From Escherichia coli (GTDB taxonomy: Bacteria; Pseudomonadota; Gammaproteobacteria; Enterobacterales; Enterobacteriaceae): a DNA stretch of 64,000 bases. The position numbers and the translations under genes are program-made. Under the pieces are notes generated by a model, which was given only the letters and a program-made list of their open reading frames with translations, ran no database searches and was not told the DNA's origin. Positions 1-10,879 of this stretch are shown here, one piece after another; the stretch's first letter is position 1; each line of letters begins with the position of its first letter. Where the stretch lies: assembly GCF_002854065.1 (NCBI RefSeq), contig NZ_CP024147.1. The stretch is one strand, 5' to 3'.

Positions 1-412
1 TCTCCAGATCTTCCGAGGCGTTTTCTAACAGCGAAATCGCCTTTGGATAATCCGGTTTGCCCGCTTGAGTATTTACCAGAATATGCGCCAGCGTTACTTC
101 ACCTTCTTTACTTCCCGCTTGCGCCGCTTTCTCTGCAAGAACTTTTGCTTGTGGATAGTCCAGACTGACCGGATTGGTGATTTTGATCTGCGCCAACAGC
201 GCGCAGGCATCAGCATCACCGCTGTCGGCGGCTTTCTGTGCCCAATATTCGGCTTTGCTCAAATCGCCGGAGCTAAACCAGCTGTCGGCAAGAAAATATT
301 GTGCGCGTCGGTCCCCGGCCTCTGCTGCCTTTAAATACTGGCTGCCAGGCTCGGAGTCGTTGGCGTGGGCAAAGAATGTCAAAAACAACATCAATGCGAT
401 AATTTTTTTCAT
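1..412 (-). CDS. yjcO: Sel1-repeat periplasmic protein, N-terminal part; gene runs off the window start
   Basis: Minus-strand reading from ATG (reverse complement of 410-412) gives MKKIIALMLFLTFFAHA signal peptide followed by Sel1/TPR-like repeats (AEAGDRRAQYFLADSW, AEYWAQKAADSGDADA); open to the window edge. Confidence 0.75.
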   Translation of the reverse strand, partial: MKKIIALMLFLTFFAHANDSEPGSQYLKAAEAGDRRAQYFLADSWFSSGDLSKAEYWAQKAADSGDADACALLAQIKITNPVSLDYPQAKVLAEKAAQAGSKEGEVTLAHILVNTQAGKPDYPKAISLLENASEDLE

Positions 413-462
413 TTTGATAATACGATTGGGTAGGGAGTAACCAGTATAAAGAGTTCGAATGG

Positions 463-491
463 ATAAAAAAACAGCCTCCGAAAGGAGGCTG
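463..491 (-). terminator. Rho-independent terminator downstream of fdhF
   Basis: Inverted repeat cagcctcc-gaaa-ggaggctg (472-491) followed on the minus strand by a run of 7-8 T (plus-strand A run 464-471), immediately after the fdhF stop. Confidence 0.7.
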
Positions 492-505
492 TAGAAAGGA
501 CTGTA

Positions 506-2653
506 TTACGCCAGTGCCGCTTCGCGCAGGCGAGTTTTCAACTTGTTGTACTCGTCAATCACGTACTGCTCGGCGGCGCGCTGATCGGCGATCGGCTCGA
601 CGCGCACGGCGCAGTATTTGTATTCCGGCGTTTTCGTAATCGGGCTTAAGTTTTCGGTAACCAGCTCGTTACAGGCACCAATCCACCACTGGTAGGTCAT
701 ATAAATCGCCCCTTTGTTCGGACGATCGCTGACCTGCGCACGGGTGATAATTTTGCCTTTACGCGAGTGCACCCAAACCAATGCCTCATCTTCAATACCC
801 AGACGTTTGGCGTCTTCGGTATTGATTTGTGCGTAGCCAGGTTCATCCGCCAGCGCCGCCAGTGCCGCACAGTTACCGGTCATCGAACGGCAAGAGTAGT
901 GACCAACTTCACGCACCGTTGACAGTACCATCGGGTACTCGTCGGTGAGTTTGTCGATTGGCGCTACCCAGTCGCAGGTGAAGAACTGCGCCAGACCGTT
1001 CGGGGTATCAAACTTCTCTTTAAACAGATAAGAAGTCCCCTGATCGGCATCTGAAGTATCGCGGCAAGGCCACTGAATGAAGCCCAGTTCGCCCATTTTC
1101 TCGTAAGTCGCACCGTAGAAATCCGGGCACAGATGACGCAACTCATCCCAGATCTCCTGGGTGTTGTTGTAGTGCATCGGATAACCCATACGGGTGGCGA
1201 TTTCACTGATGATTTGCCAGTCCGTTTTCAGATCCCATTTCGGTTCAACTGCTTTGAAGAAACGCTGGAAGCCACGGTCAGCCGCAGTAAACACGCCTTC
1301 ATGCTCGCCCCACGACGTTGACGGTAAAATAACATCCGCCGCCGACGCGGTTTTGGTCATAAAGATGTCCTGAACGATGACCAGTTCCAGATCTTCAAAG
1401 GCTTTACGTACTGCCGACAGCTCCGCGTCAGTTTGTAGCGGATCTTCGCCCATAATGTACGCGGCACGCACTTCGCCATGCGCTGCGCGGTGCGGCAGCT
1501 CGCTGATGCGATAACCGGTATGAGCAGGCAGGCTTTCCACGCCCCAGGCTTTGGCGAATTTCTCGCGGTTAGCCGGATCTTTCACATACTGGTATCCCGG
1601 ATACGTATCCGGCAGCGCGCCCATATCGCAGGCACCCTGAACGTTGTTCTGACCACGAACCGGGTTAACACCCGCATGTGGCTTACCGAGGTTACCGGTC
1701 AGCATCGCGAGGCTGGTCAGAGAACGCACGGTTTCCACGCCCTGGTAGAACTGGGTTACACCCATGCCCCACAGGATGGCGGCGCTTTTCGCCTGGGCAT
1801 ACATCCGTGCCGCCTGACGAATCTCACTGGCGCTGACGCCGGTGATATCTTCAACCGACTCCGGCGTGTAGCCTTCAACGATTTTACGATACTCTTCAAA
1901 GCCTTCTGTACGTGAAGCGACGAACGCTTTGTCGTACAGATTTTCTTCAATAATGACATGGCCCATCGCATTCAACAGCGCGATGTTCGAGCCGTTTTTC
2001 AGTGCAATGTGCATGTCAGCAATGCGCGCGGTTTCAATTTTGCGCGGATCGCAGACGATAATTTTCGCCCCGTTACGTTTAGCGTTAATTACGTGATTCG
2101 CTACGATTGGGTGGGAATCCGCCGGGTTGTACCCGAAAACGAACACTAAATCGGTATTATCAATTTCGTTAATAGCATTGCTCATTGCGCCATTACCGAC
2201 CGATTGGTGCAGACCTGCAACCGATGGGCCGTGTCAGACACGAGCGCAGCAGTCAACGTTATTGGTACCAATAACGGCGCGCGCAAATTTTTGCATTACA
2301 TAGTTGGTTTCGTTACCCGTACCACGCGAGGAGCCGGTCGTCTGGATGGCATCCGGACCGTACTTCTCTTTGATGGCGCTCAGGCGCTCGGCAACGTAAT
2401 TCAGTGCCTCATCCCAGGAAACAGGTTCGAGTTTGCCGCCACGCTGGCGACGGATCATGGGGGTTTTCAGGCGCGGGGTCAGGATCTGGGTATCGTTAAT
2501 GAAATCCCAGCCATAATAACCCTTCAGACACAGGGTACCCTGGTTGGTTTTCCCCTGCGCTGCCTCCGCCCGGACGATTTTGCCGTTATCGACGACCAGG
2601 TTGATTTTGCAACCTGATGCGCAATAGGGGCAAACCGTGACGACTTTTTTCAT
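506..2653 (-). CDS. fdhF: Formate dehydrogenase H, selenocysteine-containing (715 aa with in-frame UGA at 2234-2236)
   Basis: Two track ORFs (2234..2653 and 506..2185) are in the same frame, separated only by a TGA; N-terminal CPYCASGC motif and molybdopterin oxidoreductase-like sequence; combined length 139+1+16+559 = 715 aa. Confidence 0.93.
2189..2236 (-). other. UGA selenocysteine codon plus downstream SECIS stem-loop
   Basis: mRNA sense reads UGA CAC GGC CCA UCG GUU GCA GGU CUG CAC CAA UCG GUC GGU, matching the fdhF SECIS hairpin as I recall it (GGUUGCAGGUCUGCACC apical stem-loop). Confidence 0.85.
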
Positions 2654-2704
2654 CGGTCTCGCTCCAGTTAATCAAATCACGCATACGCGCTCTCGACTAC
2701 AGTA

Positions 2705-2720
2705 TGCATCTTTTATGCCA
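2705..2720 (-). promoter_or_regulatory. Sigma-54 (-24/-12) promoter of fdhF
   Basis: Minus strand reads TGGCAT-AAAAG-ATGCA with GG-N10-GC spacing, about 50 nt upstream of the fdhF ATG; a GGAG ribosome-binding site lies 8 nt before the ATG. Confidence 0.7.
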
Positions 2721-2784
2721 CATTTTATTTGGGGTCATTCCCTGATATTACGGGCACTATTTATTCAAAACTCTGACGAAAAAC

Positions 2785-2850
2785 AGGCTGTCGTCAGTTT
2801 TGACGTGACGAAACGAAATACCGCGTGACAGCCATCACGCGGCAGACATT
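2785..2850 (-). promoter_or_regulatory. Candidate FhlA upstream activating sequence for fdhF
   Basis: Imperfect inverted repeats (tgtcgtcag...tgacgtgacga, cgcgtgacagccatcacgcg) about 90-140 nt upstream of the sigma-54 element; exact site not resolved. Confidence 0.3.
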
Positions 2851-4314
2851 TTATTTTTTCTCGACGACGGGACCTGCCTGATACCCGCCGCCCAGCGATT
2901 TCATCAACTGAATGCTTTGGATCACCCGGCGGCTGTCCAGCATCAGTAATGACATCTCTTCGGCAAGTACTGGCAACCGGGCTTCAGTGGCCTGTAAGCG
3001 GCTGGTTAAGCCGCGCTGATAGGCGGCCTCGGCAGCGCGCTGGGTGAAGCGCGTTGCTTCCACGCGTTCAGCCTGCATTTCTCGCTCGTCGTTGAGCGTT
3101 TGCAGACGCGTGCCGTTGACGGCAACGTCACGCACCGCGTTCAGTACTGACTGGTTGTAACGTTCAATCATGTTGCTGGCGGCGCGCGTACCTTCGAGAT
3201 TGGCATTCAACCGTCCACCGTCAAACAGCGGCAATTTCAGACCCGGGATGAAGTTGAACTGGCGACTGGTTTTTTTGAATAAGGTATCCAGATGGATGGA
3301 GTCCAGACCGAAAAACGCTTTGATATCAAAGCTTGGGTAGAACAGCGCCCGCGCGGAATCCACCTGATCTAATGACGCCTGAACATACCAGCGCATGGCT
3401 TGCAGATCCGGGCGTCTGGCGAGCAACTCATAAGAGAGTGTCGCCGGAATGCCGGTCTGGACTCGTGGTAATGCCACCGGTTTGATCTCCGGCATATCGC
3501 TGGCTCCCGCGCCAATCAATGCGCGCAGAGATTCTCGCGTTTCGGTGATTTGCCCTTTAACGGCAGCAATTTGTTTATCGACCGCCAGAATCTGTGCCCG
3601 CGCGCCGTGGAAAGGCACTTGCGCTTCCAGACCGTGCGCCACTTTACGTTGGTGCGCTTTCACCGCGTAATCAATCACATCGCGAGTTTGTTCTAACAGA
3701 TCGAGCATCTGATAGCTGGCCTGCATACTGTAATAAAGCTGCGCTACGCCCGTGGTCAGCGATAGCTCTACTGCTGCGGTTTCTGCCAGCGCGGCATTAT
3801 GCGCGCCAATGGCGGCGGCAACCGCTGAGCGATGCACACCCCACAAATCAAGATCCAGTCCGGCAAACAAACCTACTGTGGCTTCCGTATAGTACGGCCC
3901 GTCCATACCCAGTGCTGGCGCATCCATCGCATAAGGGCTTAAAAAGCCGTTCGCCGAGACGCGTTGGCGGTTGAGCATCCCTAACGCTGCGACCTGTAAT
4001 TGTGAACCGGCATCTAACAAATCGGCCTGGGACTGCGCTTTTTCTTCCCGCAGTTTCGCTTCGGCGAGGGTGTGTGAACCACTTAGCGTCCGTTGGATCA
4101 GCGCATCCAGCTGTGGGTCATTGAGTTGTTTCCACCACTGCGCCTGCGGCCAGCCGGAGCTGGCAAGATGAATATCATCGGCCAGTTTGATTTGTTCCGG
4201 TTTGAGCTGTTGATGAGGCGCAGAATCCTTGCGTACCAGGGCACAGCCGGAAATCAGCGTCGTGCTGCCGAGAATGCTGCACAACAGCAGACGTGAAAGT
4301 TGACGATTGATCAT
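2851..4314 (-). CDS. mdtP: Outer-membrane factor lipoprotein of multidrug efflux system
   Basis: 487-aa ORF with lipoprotein signal (LISGCAL) and OMF/TolC-family length; stop overlaps mdtO start. Confidence 0.88.
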   Translation of the reverse strand: MINRQLSRLLLCSILGSTTLISGCALVRKDSAPHQQLKPEQIKLADDIHLASSGWPQAQWWKQLNDPQLDALIQRTLSGSHTLAEAKLREEKAQSQADLLDAGSQLQVAALGMLNRQRVSANGFLSPYAMDAPALGMDGPYYTEATVGLFAGLDLDLWGVHRSAVAAAIGAHNAALAETAAVELSLTTGVAQLYYSMQASYQMLDLLEQTRDVIDYAVKAHQRKVAHGLEAQVPFHGARAQILAVDKQIAAVKGQITETRESLRALIGAGASDMPEIKPVALPRVQTGIPATLSYELLARRPDLQAMRWYVQASLDQVDSARALFYPSFDIKAFFGLDSIHLDTLFKKTSRQFNFIPGLKLPLFDGGRLNANLEGTRAASNMIERYNQSVLNAVRDVAVNGTRLQTLNDEREMQAERVEATRFTQRAAEAAYQRGLTSRLQATEARLPVLAEEMSLLMLDSRRVIQSIQLMKSLGGGYQAGPVVEKK

Positions 4315-6362
4315 TGCGTGGCTCCTTGTGCCTGTTCCGTGGCGGGCGTTAATGCCGGGGCTGTCCAGTCTGGCAAGCGGGCGAAAAGCTGGCAGACGTG
4401 TTGCTCCTGTTTTAATAAGGTGGGCAGGATGGCCTGCGAGGCGGGTGTCTCTTCAAGCGTTATTTGAGGAGAACGGCTGAGTGCGGTTGCCAGACCGGCA
4501 GCGTATTTTTCCAGGGCGTCGGCAAACTGACCTGCTCTGTCCGGCTGTAGTGCGTTATCCAGCGCCTGCGCCGAGTTCCAGGTGGCATCCCAGGCGTGAA
4601 GAAGATCGCGGCCCTGACGAATAACCGTTTGCGAACGTTCAATCAGTAAGGCGCGTTCTTCGCTGTCCAGTTGACGCTCCAGCGCCACGCGTTGGCACAT
4701 CTCTTCACAGGCATTAAACGCCGCATGCAGACCTATACGAATTTGCAGATAAGTGCGCAGAGCCGTGACTTCCTGCTGGCGTGGGATCCGCATTACTTTA
4801 CTTAGCATACCCAGCGCACCGGCCAGTTTTTGCGGCAGCGTGCGCGCTTCACTTTCAGGCCAGACAAAGGTGCAAATCACCGCAGACACCACGGTACCAA
4901 TGATAATACCCAGGGCGCGATCGCGAATTTCCACCAGGTCGTACACCGGACCAAAAACGTTTTCGAGCGTGGCGAGCGCGAAGGTGACCACCATCTGTGT
5001 GCCGATATAAGAAGAGCGTTCAGAGCTGGTGGTAATCCATGCGCCCAACAGGAAAATCGGTGCCAGCACAAACAGCAATTCGACAATATTGTCCAGCCAG
5101 GGCATGACCAGTAGCGTGAATAACAGCGCCAGAATCACGCCGCAAAAGGCCCCGCCAAAACGCAGCACCATCTTCTGGTACGACGAACCGACATTTGGGT
5201 TAGCGACGATCACGCAGGTCAGCATACAGGTATGAATGCCTTCCCAGTCCACGCCGCTGTAGAAGGTGTAACAGATCAAACAGGCGAGCAGCGTTTTTAC
5301 CGCGTAGCGCATATAGTCTGGATTGGTAAAAGCATCGGCGACCATTGATGGCGGTTTGGCGGCGGGCGTTGGCGGCGTATTCGGGTCCATCTGACCAAGC
5401 TGTAACAGCGTCTGGCAGATATTCTCCAGGTTACATTCCCGTGCCGCCATCGCTTCACTTTCACTGATCTGCCAGTCGCTTTGCCAGCACTGACCTTCGG
5501 TAATGGCATGCTGCAGCTTGTTGATTTCTGAAGCTAATTTTTGTCGGAATTCAATAATTGCCTGAGAATCAGCAAAAGAGGTGGGATCGTAGCGATTCAG
5601 TGTCGAGTAAATGTAGGTTACCGTTGCCACGCAGCTTTGCCACCATGCACTCTGGGTTCGCCAGTTGGCATCGTCCGCGAGGCAAAAGACATTGAGTTTT
5701 TGCAGCGCCAGCGCCTCTCTTTCAATCCGCGTTTCGGGTAGCGGTGCGAGGCTGTCCGTCAGGTGGCTAATGGCATCATCAAGCCGATCATTAAGCACCT
5801 GATGCATTTGCGAAATGGCACGACTGGGAAACCACAGCACGCCGATTAACGTCATCAATAACGTCGGGTAGAGGCCGACAACGATACACCACAGGGTTAA
5901 GCGCACGACCACTTCCGGATAGTCGAGCATGGCGGGGAAGGTTTGCCCGTAAATAGCGACAATGGCGACGGCGAAAAAGACCAGCCCCAACCGATGGGTG
6001 CGCATCAAAAACATGCAGCCCATCAGGATCGGTCCGGCGATGATCAGCCGGATCAGAGGCTCGCCGTATGACCATTTGTAGATCAAAAACAGGCTGCCGA
6101 TCTCCAGCACCGTGGCAACCACAAACAAGATCGCCACAAATTTGGTGTAAAACGCGTTCGACTGAATACCGTAAAACAGCACTGCCAGCGATAACGCCAC
6201 GAAAGGGATCTCAAAGGTCATCGAGATCAGAATCACCAGCAGGCAGCCTACCCAGAGTTGCACGGTCTGCGGCACGCGACCTGGTCGCCGCTCGCTTAAC
6301 TCTTCATGAAAGAACGCCAGCAGCCTGACCACCGGTAATGGCAGGGAGTTGAGCGCGCTCAT
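4311..6362 (-). CDS. mdtO: Efflux system inner-membrane component (aromatic acid exporter-like)
   Basis: 683-aa ORF with multiple hydrophobic segments; overlaps both neighbours (4311-4314 and 6362), indicating translational coupling. Confidence 0.88.
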   Translation of the reverse strand: MSALNSLPLPVVRLLAFFHEELSERRPGRVPQTVQLWVGCLLVILISMTFEIPFVALSLAVLFYGIQSNAFYTKFVAILFVVATVLEIGSLFLIYKWSYGEPLIRLIIAGPILMGCMFLMRTHRLGLVFFAVAIVAIYGQTFPAMLDYPEVVVRLTLWCIVVGLYPTLLMTLIGVLWFPSRAISQMHQVLNDRLDDAISHLTDSLAPLPETRIEREALALQKLNVFCLADDANWRTQSAWWQSCVATVTYIYSTLNRYDPTSFADSQAIIEFRQKLASEINKLQHAITEGQCWQSDWQISESEAMAARECNLENICQTLLQLGQMDPNTPPTPAAKPPSMVADAFTNPDYMRYAVKTLLACLICYTFYSGVDWEGIHTCMLTCVIVANPNVGSSYQKMVLRFGGAFCGVILALLFTLLVMPWLDNIVELLFVLAPIFLLGAWITTSSERSSYIGTQMVVTFALATLENVFGPVYDLVEIRDRALGIIIGTVVSAVICTFVWPESEARTLPQKLAGALGMLSKVMRIPRQQEVTALRTYLQIRIGLHAAFNACEEMCQRVALERQLDSEERALLIERSQTVIRQGRDLLHAWDATWNSAQALDNALQPDRAGQFADALEKYAAGLATALSRSPQITLEETPASQAILPTLLKQEQHVCQLFARLPDWTAPALTPATEQAQGATQ

Positions 6363-7393
6363 TATTGCGGCTCAAGATTAGCGACTGCCGAAGCGCCGAT
6401 GCGGAACATTTCCGGGTCAGGTTTATCAACCATGATTTTGACCGGAAAACGCTGGGCAACGCGGACCCAGTTAATAGAACGAGAAACTTTCGGCAGGCCG
6501 CCCAGCACCAGGCCGCCGTCATCCGGTAGCACGCCGTAGCCAATTGAATCCACTTTACCCTCGAAAGTTTTGCCGCTGTCACTCATCAGGCGAATCGTTG
6601 CGGGTGTACCTGAGCGAATATTTTTCAGATCGGTTTCGCGGAAGTTGGCGATCACGTACCAGTGACGAGTGTCGATTAGGGTAAAAATAGGGCGCATGGC
6701 AGAAGCAAATTGCCCGACGGAGGTTTTGAGGGAAATGACCCGGCCATCAAACGGTGCGCGAACGGTCGCCATTTCCAGATGCAGTTTGGTCAGGGCAATA
6801 TCCGCTTCGACCGCCGCACGCTGGGCAACTAATGCATCCACGCCGCTGACGGCGCTGGCGGCTGACTGCGCCTGTAACAATACGGCATTAAGATCCGCTT
6901 CTGCGGCGCGCTGCGCGGTCCTCGCACGGTCAACGTCTTCCGCTGAGACAAAACCTTCTTTCAGTAATGGCTCGGTGCGGCGTAATGTATCTGTGGCCTG
7001 TTTCGCGGCGGCACGGGCTTTTTCTACCGTGGCATTAACCGAGTCGGCACCAAACTGTTGCGCGTCAACGCTACGCTGGGTGAGCATAATTTGTTTATCC
7101 AGCGCCGCGAGGGAGGCTTCGGCTTTCGCCAGATTGGCTTCGTACGGGCGCGGGTCGATGCGGAACAGCAAATCGCCCTGTTTGACTGCCTGGTTGTCGG
7201 TGACCGCCAGTTCTACAATGCGACCGCTGACTTCCGGCACCACATCAATGGTATCTGCTGACGCGTAAGCGTCATTAGTTGATGGCGCACTGTCTACGCG
7301 CCAGATAACGAAAACAAGGGCAACCAGCGCCAACGCAACCACTAACAGAGCAGGGAATTTACTGCGAGGAGCTTTTTTCGGCGTACTTTCCAT
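6362..7393 (-). CDS. mdtN: Membrane fusion protein (HlyD family) of efflux system
   Basis: 343-aa ORF with N-terminal membrane anchor and coiled-coil region (repeated A/Q/R-rich stretch). Confidence 0.88.
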   Translation of the reverse strand: MESTPKKAPRSKFPALLVVALALVALVFVIWRVDSAPSTNDAYASADTIDVVPEVSGRIVELAVTDNQAVKQGDLLFRIDPRPYEANLAKAEASLAALDKQIMLTQRSVDAQQFGADSVNATVEKARAAAKQATDTLRRTEPLLKEGFVSAEDVDRARTAQRAAEADLNAVLLQAQSAASAVSGVDALVAQRAAVEADIALTKLHLEMATVRAPFDGRVISLKTSVGQFASAMRPIFTLIDTRHWYVIANFRETDLKNIRSGTPATIRLMSDSGKTFEGKVDSIGYGVLPDDGGLVLGGLPKVSRSINWVRVAQRFPVKIMVDKPDPEMFRIGASAVANLEPQ

Positions 7394-7411
7394 GAGCGCG
7401 TCTCAAATAGA

Positions 7412-7687
7412 TTAGAAAAATGCCAGCCAGAACAGCATGGCGTAGAGAGCAAAAAGGGCGGTATAAATAATTCCGACAAATGCCAGCTTGATATTTGCCC
7501 GCTGAATAACTCGCCTCGTGATGAGCGTCAAAATAAGGCTGGCAATGGCGCAGAAAAACCAGCTGGGATAATAAGCGCCGATCACCGGGATTGCCGGAGA
7601 TAATGAGCATCCCGAAACCATGAAGACGGGAATTATCCAGGCTGTTTTTTTGAGTTGCATCGCCATGCGAGAGAGAACTGTTGGCAT
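7412..7687 (-). CDS. ytcA: Small lipoprotein/inner-membrane protein
   Basis: 91 aa from MPTVLSRMAMQLKK; lipobox VSGCSL and one additional hydrophobic helix; first gene of the mdtNOP operon. Confidence 0.7.
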   Translation of the reverse strand: MPTVLSRMAMQLKKTAWIIPVFMVSGCSLSPAIPVIGAYYPSWFFCAIASLILTLITRRVIQRANIKLAFVGIIYTALFALYAMLFWLAFF

Positions 7688-7859
7688 ATTAAATACATCC
7701 TGTCTGCTGCGAACAATATCTGTAGTGAATATCAATATCCATTGAAGGCGTCAGTATGGCTATTTTCTCGATGAATAAAAATAGCTTTATTCAGCCACCG
7801 CATTCATAACTTATATATTTTATTTATTAATTGGCTGTATATATTTTTAAAATAAATGC

Positions 7860-7885
7860 TTTTGGGGGCTTCAGGGCCCCCAAAA
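7860..7885 (-). terminator. Terminator between yjcS and ytcA
   Basis: GC stem ttttgggggc / gcccccaaaa with 6-nt loop, T-rich on the minus strand after the stem. Confidence 0.6.
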
Positions 7886-7895
7886 GCGAGTGACA

Positions 7896-9881
7896 TTAAT
7901 TTGGGGTTACGATATTCACCCACAAATCGAAATTATCCAGACAGGCGATAATTTCTTCCAGTTTCGCGCCATTGCCAATAATTTTGGCTTTCTTCGCTTT
8001 TACCAGATCTGCCATTTTGGCTTGTCCGGTCAGCACGGCGTGCAGATCTTCACGACTGATGTAGAAAGAGGCGTCAGCTTGGGATTGCAGCGTTTTACGG
8101 TAGTTAAGCACGCTATCGTTCAGCGTCAGGTTGAGGTTATCGCCGTTGCTCATATTGAAGTTCAGGCTGATATTTTTACCCGCGGCTTTTTCGCTATCGA
8201 GGCGAACGGACATAAAGTCGAACAGCATTTCGACCGACATTCCGCGAATGGTGTCCGGGGAACCGGTGGTGCCGTGGCTGAACTTATGCACCCCTTCGCG
8301 CAGCTCTTTCGCGCCGGTCAGGTAGAAACCGCGCCATGTGGCGGACTCGGCCTGATAGCCCAGCTGTTCAAAGTTATTCGCTTGCAGATTCTTCGCGACC
8401 TGGTCACCCGGGTTGGCGGCAATCACCTGTTTCAGCAGTTCTGCCGACCAGCGGTAATCACCTTGCTTGTTCGCTTCTTGCGCCAGGTTGATGACACGGG
8501 CAGAACCGCCCAGCGCTTTCACGTAACGTTTGCCCATCTCTACCTGACCATACGGATGCAGGTTAGCCGGGTTACCGTCGTAATAGCCAAGATAGAAGTT
8601 ATACACCGCGCGGGCGTTGTGGCTGACAGAACCGTAATAGCCACGGCTGGCCCAGTTATTGGCAAGTGCAGGCGGCAGCTTAATCATGTCGCCGATTTCA
8701 TTCATGGTGTAGCCCTGGTTCGCCAGATGCAGGGTTTGATCGTGAATATACTTGATGGTATCGCGATATTTACCAATATAATCATTGATATGCTTATTGC
8801 CCCAGACCGGCCAGGTGTGCGGCATAAACAGCACTTCCGCGTCGTTACCCCACATATCCAGCGTTTCGTTCAGGTACTCGGTCCACTTGCTGGTATCGCG
8901 GGTTTTCGCGCCGCGCAGAGTGTAGAAGTTGTGCAGGGTATGCGTGGCGTTCTCGGCGGTACACAGGGCTTTCAGGGCCGGAATATAGAAGTGCATTTCG
9001 GCTGGTGCTTCGCTACCTGGGGTCATCAGGAAGTCAAACTCCAGGCCGTCGATAATCATCTTCTCGCCAGTTCTGACGATAGTTTTAGTCGGTGCAATAA
9101 TGCTCGGGTCGCCCGTTGCCAGCGTCACGCCAAGGCCATTACCCACGTTGCCTTGCGCGTTGTGTGGCAGTAACAGACCGTAAGAGTAGAGCGCACGGCG
9201 GCTCATGATGTTACCCGCCAGCACGTTTTCGCTGATGGCTTCGTCCATAAAGCCAGCAGGGGCAATCACCTGAACTTTGCCGGATTTAACATCGGCTTCA
9301 GAGATAATGCCTTTCACGCCACCATAGTGGTCGGTGTGGCTGTGAGTGTAGATAACGGCAACAATCGGTTTTTGCGGACGATGCTGGAAGTAAAGGTCAA
9401 GTGCGGCTTTTGCGGCAGGTGGCGTCACCAGCGGGTCGATAACAATAATGCCTTTCTCGCCCTCAACGAACGTAATGTTAGAGATATCCTGGCCGCGCAC
9501 CTGATACATTTTATCGGTGACTTTGAACAGGCCAGAAATGCCGTTGATCTGCGACTGACGCCACAGGCTGGGGTTTACGGTTTCCGGCGCTGCGGCATTA
9601 ATATCAAATTTGTAATCGTCCGCGCGGTAGTAAACTTTACCGTTCGCATCACGCAGAATACCTTCATCCAGCAGCGGGGCGATAAATCCACGCTGGGCAT
9701 CGTCAAAATCCTGACGATCGCTAAACGGTAATGATTTGGCGTAATTCTGATTAACCTGTTGGGTATATTGAGTGGCGGCTTTCGCTTCCTCTTTCGCGTT
9801 AGCGGTATTTACCATCATGCCGCTGACGGCGGTTAACGCAATAACAATCCTGCTCAAACGGAATAACTGAGAGTTATTCAT
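7896..9881 (-). CDS. yjcS: Alkyl/aryl sulfatase, metallo-beta-lactamase fold (661 aa from MNNSQ)
   Basis: Signal peptide, HSHTDHYGG metal-binding motif typical of MBL-fold alkylsulfatases. Confidence 0.88.
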   Translation of the reverse strand: MNNSQLFRLSRIVIALTAVSGMMVNTANAKEEAKAATQYTQQVNQNYAKSLPFSDRQDFDDAQRGFIAPLLDEGILRDANGKVYYRADDYKFDINAAAPETVNPSLWRQSQINGISGLFKVTDKMYQVRGQDISNITFVEGEKGIIVIDPLVTPPAAKAALDLYFQHRPQKPIVAVIYTHSHTDHYGGVKGIISEADVKSGKVQVIAPAGFMDEAISENVLAGNIMSRRALYSYGLLLPHNAQGNVGNGLGVTLATGDPSIIAPTKTIVRTGEKMIIDGLEFDFLMTPGSEAPAEMHFYIPALKALCTAENATHTLHNFYTLRGAKTRDTSKWTEYLNETLDMWGNDAEVLFMPHTWPVWGNKHINDYIGKYRDTIKYIHDQTLHLANQGYTMNEIGDMIKLPPALANNWASRGYYGSVSHNARAVYNFYLGYYDGNPANLHPYGQVEMGKRYVKALGGSARVINLAQEANKQGDYRWSAELLKQVIAANPGDQVAKNLQANNFEQLGYQAESATWRGFYLTGAKELREGVHKFSHGTTGSPDTIRGMSVEMLFDFMSVRLDSEKAAGKNISLNFNMSNGDNLNLTLNDSVLNYRKTLQSQADASFYISREDLHAVLTGQAKMADLVKAKKAKIIGNGAKLEEIIACLDNFDLWVNIVTPN

Positions 9882-10171
9882 ATAAATCTCCATTTATCAT
9901 TTATGTCGTAAATATGTAATCCATGCAAAATACGTCATTTAAAGCTGGTGTTATCATAATTGGGAAATTGCGACTTTAATAAGTGGAAGTGTGAGCAGAA
10001 CGATCCATTTTATTAGGCATTTGTGCTGAAGAGGGAAAATTACGGCATATTTATTACTATCATCAATAATGTGACCTGACTTATATTTTTATTATTTATA
10101 TTACTTTCAGCTTTCACTTCGACAAGAAGTACGCACAATGATTAATTAGATGAATGATGCGGAGTGTAACC

Positions 10172-10879
10172 ATGAAACCCGTCGTGCTGGTGGTGGATGA
10201 TGACACGGCTATCTGCGCACTGTTGCAGGACGTGTTAAGTGAACATGTCTTTACGGTTTCAGTCTGCCATACCGGACAGGAGGCCATATTGCGTATTGAG
10301 GGCGATCCTGACATTGCGCTGGTGGTGCTGGATATGATGCTACCCGATACCAACGGCCTGAGGGTATTGCAGCAAATCCAGAAACTGCGTCCGACATTGC
10401 CGGTGGTGATGTTGACCGGCATGGGCAGTGAGTCTGATGTGGTGGTCGGGCTGGAAATGGGCGCGGATGATTACATCTGCAAACCGTTCACCCCGCGGGT
10501 GGTGGTCGCACGACTGAAAGCGGTGTTGCGACGGGTTGGTGCGCTGGCGGTTAATGACGAGAAAAGCGCCGGGCTGTCATTCAATGGCTGGTATCTCGAT
10601 ACCATGCGCTGCCAGTTGCACAATCCGCTTCAGCAACATGTCGAGTTAACTCAGGGCGAATATGGCTTGTTACTGGCTCTGGCGCAAAACGCGCGTCGGG
10701 TATTGAGCCGCGAGCAGTTGCTGGCGTTCACCCACAGCGACAGCGTGGAGGTGTTTGATCGCACCATCGACGTATTAATCATGCGCTTACGACGCAAAAT
10801 CGAACTCAACCCGCATCAGCCGATGTTGATTAAAACTCTGCGCGGTCTGGGGTATGTCTTCGCTGCCGACGTGCATTAA
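10172..10879 (+). CDS. OmpR/PhoB-family response regulator (receiver plus winged-helix)
   Basis: MKPVVLVVDDD...ALVVLDMMLPDTNG receiver motifs, C-terminal LRGLGYVF wing; GGAG 7 nt upstream of ATG at 10172 (track ORF begins at 10154). Confidence 0.85.
   Translation: MKPVVLVVDDDTAICALLQDVLSEHVFTVSVCHTGQEAILRIEGDPDIALVVLDMMLPDTNGLRVLQQIQKLRPTLPVVMLTGMGSESDVVVGLEMGADDYICKPFTPRVVVARLKAVLRRVGALAVNDEKSAGLSFNGWYLDTMRCQLHNPLQQHVELTQGEYGLLLALAQNARRVLSREQLLAFTHSDSVEVFDRTIDVLIMRLRRKIELNPHQPMLIKTLRGLGYVFAADVH

Noticed and set aside
7890-9173. 427-aa plus-strand ORF
   Set aside because: Lies entirely antisense to yjcS, has no ribosome-binding site or recognisable domains, and is low-complexity and His/Arg/Val-rich, as expected for the reverse frame of a GC-rich gene
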